DNA of 64,000 nt, from contig JBGUXN010000002.1 of assembly GCA_045222195.1 (NCBI GenBank), forward strand, positions 17,659 to 81,658, written 5' to 3'. The stretch is from Bacilli bacterium. GTDB lineage: Bacteria > Bacillota_I > Bacilli_A > RFN20 > CAG-826. Shown here one piece after another: positions 34,518 through 44,485 of the stretch. The translations under genes were made by a program, and so were the position numbers. The notes beneath the pieces were generated by a model that was not told the DNA's origin, searched no databases, and saw only the letters and a list, made by a program, of their open reading frames with translations. Within the stretch, counting starts at the first letter, position 1; the number at the start of each line of letters is the position of its first letter.

Positions 34518-37500
34518 ATGAGAGATGATGAATTTACCAACTCGAAATCGAATAACGACTCGTTTATAGGCAAATCCGAATATGGCAATTTACCTGAGAA
34601 TGAATTTTCTGATTCTGGTGAAATGAATCTTCATAAAGCCGCTTACGATGCGAGCTTAATGAAAACACAAAACACCAAAACAGTGGAAGATGTCACTCAA
34701 GGTGCCGCTGGGGCGGAAACATCTGTCGCAAGTAGCACAGCCGCTTCTGGTATCGCCGCGGGCACAGTTTCCACAATTGTCGCGGCCTCTTCGGTGGCGG
34801 TCGTGGCTATTGGTGTTTTGACTGGTGTTTCTGTGGCCTTACACGACTATAGTTTTAGCTGGAACTCTTTTATCGTCTCTTCTAATCAACTTCGTTATGA
34901 TTTGACAATTATTGATAACGAGATGAAAGAAGATGATTATGAGCATTGGAGTGACCAAAATCCTGATCATCCAGAAGAAAGTTCGTTGCCATTTTTAATC
35001 AGAGTCTATAACAATAATTATGATTCTTCTCAAGAACTATATTATTTCTCACAGAGTGGCGTATTTAGCAATTTAACATTGGGCGCTAAATATCACGTTA
35101 CAGTTTCAGAGAATAAATTCAACGGACAAATCATCTACGATGATACTTTCATCACATACGTTAATTCCTCTTTAATTGATTTTAGATTTAATGGTGATAG
35201 TGACTTTGAAAATGGGACATTTGAAATCTATATGGATGTCATCGATGAAAAAGACATCATGGATTCTTATAAAATCGATTTATATGAGCCAGACGCTCCA
35301 GAAAAGATCCTCGCTTCCTTTGATTTAGAAGAAAAAGAAGGCTATCAAAATATTTCATATCTCGGTTCTAATAATGAGGCATTAATCGATATCACCAAAG
35401 AATATGGCTATACATTCAGCTATATGTCTGATGGTGAACTCGTCGAATATAAAAAAGATAAAGTAACACTCTTTGATATGTATGGAAGAGTTTCTAAATT
35501 CAATGGCTTTATCTTTGATAAGACATATAATTACAAAGAAGGCACAATGGATGTAAGACTTGACTATCAAGACTACTTTGGTTGGTATGATAACTTTGTT
35601 TTAACTCTTACCGCTCACTATGTCGAAGGTGATCCAACCGGTGCTGATGGAAGCCAAACCTGGACTGATGATCGAGAAATTGAGCTCCAAACCACAACAG
35701 ATGTCCAAACAATTGATGTGATGGGACTCGACTTGAACCTCATGGATCCAAATGTCACATTTACTTATGTCTTAACTGCGAATTACCGTGGTGTTAATAC
35801 AACGCTTGCAGAAGAAAGCGAACCATTCACGCTTACTGATAATAGTGGCGCTAAATCCGAATGGAATAGATTTATCTTTGATAAGACCGCTAACTTCTTA
35901 GAGAATAGCTTTGAAGTACAACTCGACTATGTTGATGACTTCTATTATTACGATGACTTTACCCTCACGCTCCTTCCAAGTGGTGTGAACGCACAATATG
36001 ATTTCCATTTGGAATCAACTACTGAAGTCCAAACTTGTGTATTTGATGAACAACTACATTGGAACTATTCGTTCGCCTATGATTATGCATATTCATTGAC
36101 TTGCGCATATCAAGGCGCAATGAAAACATTAGATAGTGGAGATCAATTTAAGTTCACCGATATCAGTGGCTTCCATGGCTTTGAATTCGATGGAACATAT
36201 GATTATGGCAATCAAACGTTTGATGTCCAATTAGATTATGAAGATCCAAATGATTACTTCTCTAACTTTGTGATGCATATCGTGGAAGAAGATTATCCGG
36301 ATGAACCATACGCTGATATTTCTTTAGAAAAGACTACTGAAGTGCAACATGTTAACATGACTGAGTACGATTTCAATTCAGAAACATGGTACTTGTACAC
36401 ATTAACGTGTGATTACAAAGGTAATTCGGTCACTTTGATTAGTGATAATAATTCCTTCATGTTCTCTGATCCAGATCTAGTGCCTACTACATCAATTGCC
36501 TTTGTTAATAATGAAATGAACTACCACGACGGCACAATGTGGGTCCAATTTGATTACACCGATAAATACAACATGATTTCTAGTGCTTGGCTTGTTTTCT
36601 ATGGTAAGAACAATGAAGAACAAGATGATTACATCAATGAATCAACTGAAATCTATTTAGAATTAACTAAAGAACCACAACAAATTAATATTGCTGATAT
36701 CAACACTGGCGAAGATGATGGCATTAATTTCACTAAGTATAATCTTGCCTATGACCTTTACTATGAATATTACACAGACACAGATACCGATACTAGTAGC
36801 TTATATGGTAGTCCTCACCCAATTACTTTAACTAACTCCGCTAAAACGGAAGTTAATGGCTATGAAAGTAAATTCCAAGTCTTCGAAGAAATGGATTCCG
36901 CTCAAGGTTATGCACAAACCTATATGTATATCTATTTCGATGCTGTTGACGAAAACGGCATGTGGAGTTCTTATAAAGCTTATTGGGAAGGCAAAAATGA
37001 AAATGGTACAACTTTCCAACAAGCCGATATCCAATTTAATGAAAGAGAACTAGGTGGCTGGCACAAGGTAAACATTACATGTGATGGTGCAAGTGACGAC
37101 ATTTTCAACGGAGATGGTTGGGATTTAGTGGTCATCGCTGATGTTAATAACCCATATACCGGTTATAGTGCGGTAGATGAAGAAATCTATCGTATTAAGG
37201 ATACTAAACCAGTTTATGTCGAAGCTCCTGACCCAGAAATCTTTGATGTTGGCTTCTCTGATACCGTCATCAGTGGTGGTGATGATAACTATTCTCTTAC
37301 CGCTTTCCCAACATTCGCGGGTGATGAAACACAATTTACGGACTTCGCTATTATCTTCGAAAAAGAAGATGGAACGACTTATACATACTCCCTCACATTC
37401 ACTAGTTACTTTGACTTCTATGTCAACGATTCAGATGAAGGAGAAATTAATGTTGATGAATTTACGGATGTGCCGTTTAAGATCAGCATCAGATATCGCA

Positions 37501-37577
37501 CTGTTGTTAGCGGAGTCACCTCTGAACTCATTACCAAAGTGGTGGCAACCAACAAATCATTCGGTCTATCAGTTTAG
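34518..37577 (+). CDS. Large N-terminally anchored surface protein built from degenerate repeat modules of about 105-120 aa
   Basis: One TM helix (AAGTVSTIVAASSVAVVAIGVLTGVSVAL). Repeated FIFDKT.N...G...V.LDY.D and TT(D/E)VQ...LT(A/C).Y.G...TL...F.F(T/S)D blocks. Confidence 0.7.
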   Translation: MRDDEFTNSKSNNDSFIGKSEYGNLPENEFSDSGEMNLHKAAYDASLMKTQNTKTVEDVTQGAAGAETSVASSTAASGIAAGTVSTIVAASSVAVVAIGVLTGVSVALHDYSFSWNSFIVSSNQLRYDLTIIDNEMKEDDYEHWSDQNPDHPEESSLPFLIRVYNNNYDSSQELYYFSQSGVFSNLTLGAKYHVTVSENKFNGQIIYDDTFITYVNSSLIDFRFNGDSDFENGTFEIYMDVIDEKDIMDSYKIDLYEPDAPEKILASFDLEEKEGYQNISYLGSNNEALIDITKEYGYTFSYMSDGELVEYKKDKVTLFDMYGRVSKFNGFIFDKTYNYKEGTMDVRLDYQDYFGWYDNFVLTLTAHYVEGDPTGADGSQTWTDDREIELQTTTDVQTIDVMGLDLNLMDPNVTFTYVLTANYRGVNTTLAEESEPFTLTDNSGAKSEWNRFIFDKTANFLENSFEVQLDYVDDFYYYDDFTLTLLPSGVNAQYDFHLESTTEVQTCVFDEQLHWNYSFAYDYAYSLTCAYQGAMKTLDSGDQFKFTDISGFHGFEFDGTYDYGNQTFDVQLDYEDPNDYFSNFVMHIVEEDYPDEPYADISLEKTTEVQHVNMTEYDFNSETWYLYTLTCDYKGNSVTLISDNNSFMFSDPDLVPTTSIAFVNNEMNYHDGTMWVQFDYTDKYNMISSAWLVFYGKNNEEQDDYINESTEIYLELTKEPQQINIADINTGEDDGINFTKYNLAYDLYYEYYTDTDTDTSSLYGSPHPITLTNSAKTEVNGYESKFQVFEEMDSAQGYAQTYMYIYFDAVDENGMWSSYKAYWEGKNENGTTFQQADIQFNERELGGWHKVNITCDGASDDIFNGDGWDLVVIADVNNPYTGYSAVDEEIYRIKDTKPVYVEAPDPEIFDVGFSDTVISGGDDNYSLTAFPTFAGDETQFTDFAIIFEKEDGTTYTYSLTFTSYFDFYVNDSDEGEINVDEFTDVPFKISIRYRTVVSGVTSELITKVVATNKSFGLSV

Positions 37578-37624
37578 TTGAACTAAACTCAATATAAATA
37601 AAACAAATTAGGAGGTTGTTATTT

Positions 37625-38704
37625 ATGAAAAATGAAAAACTAGTTAAGACCATTATTAAATGGTCGCTCTATGGATTACTAATGATTGGTACAATCTTAG
37701 TATTCGTCTTTGCGGAACAAATTTTTGGTGGTCCACTTGTAGAAGTGACCAACGCTGATGGTTCCATCGCGGAAGTTCGTGATCCAGAATCAGTATTCAA
37801 ATTTGCTGGTGATAGTGCGTTCCTCAAATACTTTATTGAACAAGCCATTCCAAGCTTATTAGCCACGATTAGAATTGCTGGTGTGGCTATTACCCTCGGT
37901 ATTGGCGTCCATTACTTAGCCAAAGTTGTAGTCCATGGTAAAAAAGCCGTTACCATTGCCCGCTTAATGGTCTCTTTCTTAAAATGGGTTATCTTCTTAT
38001 GCGCGATATTCTTCACGATGGATGCGTGGGGTGCAAACACAACGACAATGTTAGCCAGTGCTGGTGTCTTAACTCTTATCATAGGCTTAGGTGCTCAATC
38101 TTTGATTGCCGATATCTTAGCTGGTATCTTCATCGTCTTTGAAGGTGAATTCCAAGTTGGTGATATCGTTATCATTGATTCCTGGCGTGGTGAAGTGAAA
38201 GAAATTGGTATGAGAACCACTAAACTCGTTGACGCTGGTGGTAACATCAAAATCGTTAACAATAGTGAAATTAGAACGATTATTAACCAAACTCAAGAAT
38301 TATCCGTTGCTAAAACTTATGTCTCCATTTCTTATGGCACAAGAATTGAAGCGGTGGAAGCGGTTATCGCTGATAATATCCAAGAAATGAAAGAAAAGAT
38401 TCCTTACATTGTTGAAGGTCCATTCTATATGGGTGTTTCTGAACTTGGTGAAAGCGGTGTTGTCTTGTTATTCACCGCCAAATGTAAAGAAGCTGATTAT
38501 TATCAATGTTCAAGAGATCTTAACCGTCAAGTAAAAATCATGTTTGATGATAATGGCATTGAAATTCCATTCAATCAAGTCGTTATCCATCAAGAAGATG
38601 GTACAGAAGATAAGAGTCCAAAGCCAACTAAGAAAGAAATTAAAAAGGCTGAAGATTTTAACGAAGAACAAAAAGAACTTTCTAAAGATATTAACGAAGA
38701 ATAA
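37625..38704 (+). CDS. Small-conductance mechanosensitive channel (MscS family)
   Basis: GGAGG sits 9 nt upstream of ATG 37625. LIADILAGIFIVFEGEFQVGDIVIIDSWRGEVKEIGMRTTKL. Confidence 0.85.
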   Translation: MKNEKLVKTIIKWSLYGLLMIGTILVFVFAEQIFGGPLVEVTNADGSIAEVRDPESVFKFAGDSAFLKYFIEQAIPSLLATIRIAGVAITLGIGVHYLAKVVVHGKKAVTIARLMVSFLKWVIFLCAIFFTMDAWGANTTTMLASAGVLTLIIGLGAQSLIADILAGIFIVFEGEFQVGDIVIIDSWRGEVKEIGMRTTKLVDAGGNIKIVNNSEIRTIINQTQELSVAKTYVSISYGTRIEAVEAVIADNIQEMKEKIPYIVEGPFYMGVSELGESGVVLLFTAKCKEADYYQCSRDLNRQVKIMFDDNGIEIPFNQVVIHQEDGTEDKSPKPTKKEIKKAEDFNEEQKELSKDINEE

Positions 38705-38716
38705 CCTCCCTCAATA

Positions 38717-38750
38717 TAAAAAAGAACCCACCTTAATGGTGGGTTTTCAT
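38717..38750. terminator. Bidirectional terminator
   Basis: AACCCACC (38725-38732) pairs with GGTGGGTT (38738-38745), flanked by A-run and T-run. Confidence 0.8.
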
Positions 38751-38756
38751 TTTACC

Positions 38757-39065
38757 TTAGAAATTAAATACAAATATCAAAAGTATTAAAGCGGTGATAT
38801 GAATGGCTAAACCTAATAAGTTAACGAAGGTGAAATACCAGTGTTCCGCTTTTGTTTTATGTCTAAAGATGAGCATTGCTGGATAACCACCGAAAGCGCC
38901 ACCTAAAAATGATAGGAATAGTAGTGTTTTCTCTTTAGTTCTATATTTACCATCTTTTGCTTTCTTTTTATCCGCGCCGTAGGCGATAAAGGTAATGATT
39001 GATAGTAAAACAAGATACGCCGCATAAGCGATAATAACGATTTGTTTCGTGGTCAGTTCTGGCAT
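38757..39065 (-). CDS. DUF1294 membrane protein
   Basis: YGADKKKAKDGKYRTKEKTLLFLSFLGGAFGGYPAMLIFRHKT pattern. Confidence 0.75.
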   Translation of the reverse strand: MPELTTKQIVIIAYAAYLVLLSIITFIAYGADKKKAKDGKYRTKEKTLLFLSFLGGAFGGYPAMLIFRHKTKAEHWYFTFVNLLGLAIHITALILLIFVFNF

Positions 39066-39076
39066 AAATAATCTCC

Positions 39077-39676
39077 TTATAATTTATGAACTTTTTCAAT
39101 CTTCAATTCAAATTTCTCGTATCCTTCTCTAGTGATTGAGACAATATGTTTATCAAAGATAAATGTTTGGCATTGATAGTCTTTGCCTTTAAATGTTTTG
39201 ACGCCATTGAATGGGAGGCTTGGTACTTCTTTAACATGACTAATCGAACTACCCATGCATTTAATTAAGCTTTCTTTTGCGCACCAAAGATAATAGAAAT
39301 CAGCGTGTTCTTTAATCATTTTAGCTTCGGCTTCATTGAATATCTTGGTTAATAAAGACATGTCTTTTGGAATGTTCTCTTCTATATCGATGCCAATCTC
39401 ACTAGAGGATACCGCCATCATGACATATTTTCCCGAATGGGAAACATTAAAATATGGTCCGTTTTCATAATACGGTTTACCCATTTCATTAAAGAGAAGT
39501 GGTTCTTTAGATAATTGGTTTATTAAATAAGAAGATAATAATGATCTAATCTGATCTTTTTCGTTTTTAAAACGAAGCGCTTTTTCCACTTGCTTTTCAT
39601 TAACAAGCTTTAATAGCTTTTGTTTATGGGTGTTACCAAAATCTAAATCTGCGATTAACAATCTAACGATTTCCAT
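39077..39676 (-). CDS. 4'-phosphopantetheinyl transferase (Sfp type)
   Basis: GKPYY..GPYFNVSHSGKYVMMAVS..EIGIDIE and WCAKESLIK motifs. Confidence 0.75.
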   Translation of the reverse strand: MEIVRLLIADLDFGNTHKQKLLKLVNEKQVEKALRFKNEKDQIRSLLSSYLINQLSKEPLLFNEMGKPYYENGPYFNVSHSGKYVMMAVSSSEIGIDIEENIPKDMSLLTKIFNEAEAKMIKEHADFYYLWCAKESLIKCMGSSISHVKEVPSLPFNGVKTFKGKDYQCQTFIFDKHIVSITREGYEKFELKIEKVHKL

Positions 39677-39733
39677 GTCTCTATTTTACCATTTTTGTGA
39701 ACAAATAAATAAAACGTAGTAGAATGATAATTG

Positions 39734-41104
39734 ATGATTAAGAAAAATGTCGGTGTATTATTACCAATATCCGCTTTACCAGGCAAACATGGTATTGGTG
39801 ATTTTAGTGTCCACGCTTTTGAATTTATCGATTGGTTAAAAGAACATCATTACCGTTATTGGCAAATCTTACCACTTAATCCAGTGGGACCAGGTAACTC
39901 GCCATATATGACTTTATGTAGCGAGGCAATTGATATCCGTTATATCTCTTTAGATGATTTAGTGGATCAAGGCTTATTAAAGAAAGTGCCTGACTTCCAT
40001 CCAAGAGCGGGTATGGTTGATTATCAAGCGGTTTTAGCTTTTAAAGATAAATACTTAAGAAAAGCTTTTAAAAAGAGCACCTATAATCTCTATAAATTCA
40101 AAAAGGAAAATCCTTGGAGCGTGGAATACGCGAAGTATTTGATTTTAAAGAGATTAAATGACGGTAATGCTTGGAATAAGTGGTGGATTAAAGAAGTTCC
40201 AGAAAAAGAATTAAATGAAATCGATTACCATGTCTGGTGTCAATATATTGCTTACAAGCAATGGAAGAGAATCTTTAAGTACGCTAACGCGAACCACATT
40301 GAACTTATCGCAGACTGTCCATTCTATGTCGGTCTCGATAGTGTGGACTGCTATTTAAATAAAGATGAATTCCTTTTAGATGAATACAATAACCCAACAG
40401 TGGTGTCAGGTTGTCCACCAGATGCTTTCTCTGATGATGGCCAATTATGGGGTACACCTATCTATAACTTTGAAAAAATGAAACAAAACGGTTATAGTTT
40501 CTTGATTAACCGTATTGCTTCTTTAGCAAGCCATTGTCATTACTTGCGTTTAGACCACTTTAGAGCGTTTGACACATATTGTGTCATCCCTGCGGAAGAT
40601 GAAAATGCGAGAAGAGGTCAATGGTTAGTGGGCCCACGTAATGATTTCTTCGATGAATTATATCGTAGATATCCAGATATTAAGATTATCGCGGAAGACT
40701 TAGGTGAAATGTTTGATAGTGTCATTGAACTTAGAGATCATTACAACTTACCAGGTATGAGAGTGTATGAATTCTGTATCTTTGATAACTTACCAGAAAG
40801 TACAAAATTCGTCGCCTATCCAGGTACACATGACAATGAAACATTATATGGTTGGTACAAGAATTTAAGCGAATATAACATCTCTAGATTAGAAGAAATC
40901 TTAAATCACCCAAAGAACTTATATAACGCAATCTTTGATTACATTTGGAATGTGCCAAGTTTAATGACCATCTTCCAATTACAAGATTTATTAAAGCTCG
41001 ATAATAAAGCAAGAATTAATTCTCCAGGTACAATTGGTGATCCAAACTGGTGTTGGAAACTAAAGGATATGTCCTGGATTAATAAAGTTAAATACGGCCA
41101 GTAG
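39734..41104 (+). CDS. malQ: 4-alpha-glucanotransferase (amylomaltase, GH77)
   Basis: GIGDF..FIDWL...YWQILPLNP, LWGTPIYN, LDHFRAF, YPGTHDN. A TTG at 39731 is an alternative start. Confidence 0.9.
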   Translation: MIKKNVGVLLPISALPGKHGIGDFSVHAFEFIDWLKEHHYRYWQILPLNPVGPGNSPYMTLCSEAIDIRYISLDDLVDQGLLKKVPDFHPRAGMVDYQAVLAFKDKYLRKAFKKSTYNLYKFKKENPWSVEYAKYLILKRLNDGNAWNKWWIKEVPEKELNEIDYHVWCQYIAYKQWKRIFKYANANHIELIADCPFYVGLDSVDCYLNKDEFLLDEYNNPTVVSGCPPDAFSDDGQLWGTPIYNFEKMKQNGYSFLINRIASLASHCHYLRLDHFRAFDTYCVIPAEDENARRGQWLVGPRNDFFDELYRRYPDIKIIAEDLGEMFDSVIELRDHYNLPGMRVYEFCIFDNLPESTKFVAYPGTHDNETLYGWYKNLSEYNISRLEEILNHPKNLYNAIFDYIWNVPSLMTIFQLQDLLKLDNKARINSPGTIGDPNWCWKLKDMSWINKVKYGQ

Positions 41105-41127
41105 TCGTATTTTTCTTTTTATTTAAT

Positions 41128-41155
41128 TTGACAACCACATTTTATTATTTATAAT
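41128..41155 (+). promoter_or_regulatory. Near-consensus sigma-70 promoter of the feo operon
   Basis: TTGACA (41128-41133), 16 nt spacer, TATAAT (41150-41155). Confidence 0.7.
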
Positions 41156-41161
41156 ATATCT

Positions 41162-41179
41162 AGTTAGTGGCGACTAACT
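41162..41179. promoter_or_regulatory. Operator-like perfect palindrome AGTTAGT-N4-ACTAACT (site 1, at the predicted +1)
   Basis: AGTTAGT 41162-41168, GGCG spacer, ACTAACT 41173-41179. Confidence 0.6.
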
Positions 41180-41209
41180 CTATAGTGGTCACTATTATTT
41201 TTAAGGATA

Positions 41210-41227
41210 AGTTAGTCAAAACTAACT
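41210..41227. promoter_or_regulatory. Operator-like perfect palindrome AGTTAGT-N4-ACTAACT (site 2, abutting the SD)
   Basis: AGTTAGT 41210-41216, CAAA spacer, ACTAACT 41221-41227. GGAGG follows at 41228-41232. Confidence 0.6.
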
Positions 41228-41239
41228 GGAGGTAACATT

Positions 41240-41452
41240 ATGCCAATCGTCATCGCCCCAACAGATACTGAATTAACAATCGTGAAAGTGCTCGCAGATG
41301 AAAAAACCAAAAGACATCTCGAATCTTTGGGCGTGGTGGCTAATGGTAAGATCACTGTTATCTCATCCAATGGTGGTAACACGATTTGTGTTGTGAAAGG
41401 CATACGCTTAGCCTTCAATCGTGAAACCGCTAGCAAAATTCTAGTAGCGTAG
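41240..41452 (+). CDS. feoA: FeoA-family protein
   Basis: 70-aa SH3-like FeoA pattern (TIVKVLADEKTKRHLESLGVVANGKITV), upstream of feoB. Confidence 0.75.
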   Translation: MPIVIAPTDTELTIVKVLADEKTKRHLESLGVVANGKITVISSNGGNTICVVKGIRLAFNRETASKILVA

Positions 41453-41465
41453 AAAGGAAGGAATC

Positions 41466-41705
41466 ATGCTAAAAAAACTAGATCAAATTGAAAAAGGCGA
41501 GACTGGCCTTGTTAAGAATGTCGAAGGAGATGGTAAGATTCGTCGCCGTTTATTCGATATGGGTGTCACTCCTGGTGCTATCGTGACATTAAGAAAAAAA
41601 GCGCCAATGGGTGATCCAATTGAAATCACTATCCGTGGCTACGAACTTTCACTTAGAAAGGCCGAAGCTTGCTTAGTAAATATCGAAGTTAAGGAGGCTA
41701 AATAA
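41466..41705 (+). CDS. feoA: FeoA-family protein (second copy)
   Basis: GETGLVKNVEGDGKIRRRLFDMGVTPGAIVTL...IRGYELSLRKAEA. Confidence 0.85.
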   Translation: MLKKLDQIEKGETGLVKNVEGDGKIRRRLFDMGVTPGAIVTLRKKAPMGDPIEITIRGYELSLRKAEACLVNIEVKEAK

Positions 41706-43973
41706 ATGAGAAAATTTGCATTAGCCGGTAATCCTAACTCCGGTAAAACTACATTATTTAACTCTTTAACAGGCGCAACAGCGCACGTAGGTAACTGGCC
41801 TGGTGTTACCGTTGATAAAAGAGAAGGCCAATATCGTAAATTAGGCGAACCCATTTACATCGTTGACTTACCTGGTATTTATTCTTTATCTCCATATACT
41901 CCAGAAGAAGTCATTTCTAGAAACTATATCCTAGATGAAAAGCCAGATTGTGTTATCAACATCGTTGACGCCACTAACTTAGAAAGAAACTTATATTTAA
42001 CAACTCAAATTCTTGAAATCGATGTTCCAGTCGTAGTGGCCCTCAACATGTCTGATGTCGTTAGAAAAAACGGCGATCAAATCGATGCGAAGACATTAAG
42101 CGAAAGACTTGGTGTTCCAGTCGTTGAAATCTCCGCTTTAAAACAAGAAAACTTAGATGAATTAATGGAAGCAGCTGTTAAAGCGGCCAACCAAGAACGT
42201 AAAGGTTCAACCATTATCGGAGATAAGGATTTATTACACCTCATTAACGATGTCCAAATTGCTTTTGAATTAAAAGGCATTGAAAATCCTTTATTCCACG
42301 CCATTAAACTCGTGGAAATGGATGAACTTGAAGTTGAAATGCATCCAGATGCGGTTGAAACAGTTAATAAGTTCAAAGCCACATTTAAAAACGAAACATT
42401 TGGCAGTGACTTTGAAGCTTTAATCGCTGATAACCGCTATGAATATATTGCGAAAAACTACGCAACTACTCTTAAAAGAGCGAAAACTGAAGACAATAAA
42501 GAAAGATTAACTAAATCAGATAAGATTGATAAAGTTATGACCCATAGAATATGGGCTATCCCATTATTCGTGGTTATCATGTTCTTTATTTTCCACTTCA
42601 CCTTCTCTGAAGACTTATTTTTCATGAATAGAATCTTCGGTTTAGAAATCCATAACGAAGAATTTATTAACTTCTTAACCGGTATGGGTTATGAAGGCGA
42701 ACCTTTAGGTGGCGTTCCATCTCTTGGTGTTTGGTTACAAAACTGGTTTGGTTGGTTAACTGGTAGTGTGATTGATTTATTTGGCTCATTTATGCCTGCG
42801 GGTAAATGGTATACATCACTTGTTTGTGATGGTATCTTAACCGGTTTAGATGCTGTCTTATCATTCGTCCCACAAATCATGATTCTCTTCTTATGCATCG
42901 CTATCCTTGAAGATAGTGGTTATATGGCACGTGTCGCCTTTATCTTAGATAGAGCGTTTAGAAAATTCGGTTTATCTGGTAAAGCATTCATTCCAATGTT
43001 AACTGGTTTTGGTTGTAGTGTTCCTGCGATTATGGCCACAAGAACATTAGAAGATGAAAGAGAAAAGAATAGAACCATTAGATTAATGACCTGCTTCTCT
43101 TGTGGTGCTAAAGCACCAATCTGGGCTTTATTAGCAGGCGTTGGCGCTATGGCGGGTTTCGCAGGTGATATCTTTGTCTTTACTATCTATTTAGGTGGTA
43201 TCGCTTGTGCGGTCATCTTCGCTTTATTCATGAAATTATTCTCCAAAGATCAATATGTCTCTCCATTTATTATGGAGTTACCAGCCTATCATATGCCTCA
43301 AGCTCGTAACGTAGGCGCTCATCTTTGGGAAAAATTCAAACATTATTTAATTAAAGCCGGTACCATTATTGCCGCTTGTACAATTGTCATTTGGTTCCTC
43401 AAATCATTTGGTTGGGAAGATGGTAAATTCGGTTTATTGTTATTCGAAGAATTAAACCCAGAAAGTGGTGAAATGGAATGGATCCTTCATATCGATGGTT
43501 CCATCCTTGCCTATATGGGTAGAGGCTTAAGATATTTCTTCTATCCTTTAGGATGTTTAGAAGGTGGTTGGACCAATAACGTTGATGGTTGGAAATATGT
43601 TGTTTCTACCTTAACTGGTTTAATCGCTAAAGAAGATGTTGTTGCCACAATGGCAGAACTCGGTTTAGCTGAAGACACAGTTGCCTTATCCTTAGCCGGT
43701 GTCTATAGCTTTGCTGTTTATAACTTATTCACCATCCCATGCTTCGCCGCGATTGGCGCGACACATGGAGAACAAAAAGGTAAAGAATTCTGGCTCACCA
43801 TGTTGTGGTGGTTTGCTATGTCCTATGGCTTTGCCTTAGTGGTCTATTGGTTAGGTACATTATTCGGTATTGCTTGGTGGGCTGGCTTATTAGTCTTATT
43901 AGCCTTAAGTGGCGCAGTCGTGGGTGCAGGTATTATTGTCAGTAGACGTCATAAACTTGCCTTAGCGGAATAG
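41706..43973 (+). CDS. feoB: Ferrous iron transporter FeoB
   Basis: G-domain [23 protein letters not shown]. Large polytopic C-terminal domain. Confidence 0.95.
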   Translation: MRKFALAGNPNSGKTTLFNSLTGATAHVGNWPGVTVDKREGQYRKLGEPIYIVDLPGIYSLSPYTPEEVISRNYILDEKPDCVINIVDATNLERNLYLTTQILEIDVPVVVALNMSDVVRKNGDQIDAKTLSERLGVPVVEISALKQENLDELMEAAVKAANQERKGSTIIGDKDLLHLINDVQIAFELKGIENPLFHAIKLVEMDELEVEMHPDAVETVNKFKATFKNETFGSDFEALIADNRYEYIAKNYATTLKRAKTEDNKERLTKSDKIDKVMTHRIWAIPLFVVIMFFIFHFTFSEDLFFMNRIFGLEIHNEEFINFLTGMGYEGEPLGGVPSLGVWLQNWFGWLTGSVIDLFGSFMPAGKWYTSLVCDGILTGLDAVLSFVPQIMILFLCIAILEDSGYMARVAFILDRAFRKFGLSGKAFIPMLTGFGCSVPAIMATRTLEDEREKNRTIRLMTCFSCGAKAPIWALLAGVGAMAGFAGDIFVFTIYLGGIACAVIFALFMKLFSKDQYVSPFIMELPAYHMPQARNVGAHLWEKFKHYLIKAGTIIAACTIVIWFLKSFGWEDGKFGLLLFEELNPESGEMEWILHIDGSILAYMGRGLRYFFYPLGCLEGGWTNNVDGWKYVVSTLTGLIAKEDVVATMAELGLAEDTVALSLAGVYSFAVYNLFTIPCFAAIGATHGEQKGKEFWLTMLWWFAMSYGFALVVYWLGTLFGIAWWAGLLVLLALSGAVVGAGIIVSRRHKLALAE

Positions 43974-43990
43974 AAAGTGAGTTACATTGC

Positions 43991-44200
43991 ATGGCCTGGT
44001 TTGAACCTTTAATTATTCTTGGAGCAGTCTCCTTTGTAGGATTAGTAATATTCCTAAGCTTTTATTTGAAGAAAAAAGGTAAGAGTTTAGGTGGAGATTG
44101 TGGTTGTAATTGCTCCGGAAATTGTTCAGGCTGTGGCCTGCAATGCTCTAATAAAGAGCAGATGCTCAAAGAATACAAAGAAATGTATTCAAAAGAATAA
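43991..44200 (+). CDS. FeoB-associated Cys-rich small membrane protein
   Basis: One TM helix followed by GGDCGCNCSGNCSGCGLQC. Confidence 0.7.
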   Translation: MAWFEPLIILGAVSFVGLVIFLSFYLKKKGKSLGGDCGCNCSGNCSGCGLQCSNKEQMLKEYKEMYSKE

Positions 44201-44205
44201 AAGAT

Positions 44206-44225
44206 AGGGGGCTTCGGTCCCCTTT
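44206..44225 (+). terminator. GC-rich UUCG-tetraloop hairpin with a weak T tail (possible leaky terminator)
   Basis: AGGGGGC ttcg GTCCCCT followed only by TTT. Confidence 0.4.
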
Positions 44226-44233
44226 AAAGAATT

Positions 44234-44485
44234 ATGGAATTATTTAAATACGTTTTATCGGTAAGAGGTATGAGATGTGGGGCTTGCGAGTCTCATGTTA
44301 ACGATGTCATTAGAAAAAACTTTGAAGTGAAAAAGGTCAAAGCTAATCGCTTTAAGAAAATAGTAGAAATCTATTCTCTTAATCACTTAGATGAAGAGGC
44401 CTTAAAAGAGACAATTGAAAAGACAGGTTATATCTGTTTAGGAGTCATTGATAAACAAGTAGTCAAAAAGAGATTCTTCTTATGA
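44234..44485 (+). CDS. Heavy-metal-associated (HMA, CopZ-like) domain protein
   Basis: GMRCGACESHV metal-binding motif in an 83-aa protein. Confidence 0.8.
   Translation: MELFKYVLSVRGMRCGACESHVNDVIRKNFEVKKVKANRFKKIVEIYSLNHLDEEALKETIEKTGYICLGVIDKQVVKKRFFL

Noticed and set aside
37177-37581. 134-aa alternative-frame ORF (and 36856-37053, 37125-37334) within the large repeat protein gene
   Set aside because: It is embedded in a long, coherent 1019-aa frame and has no independent translation signals.
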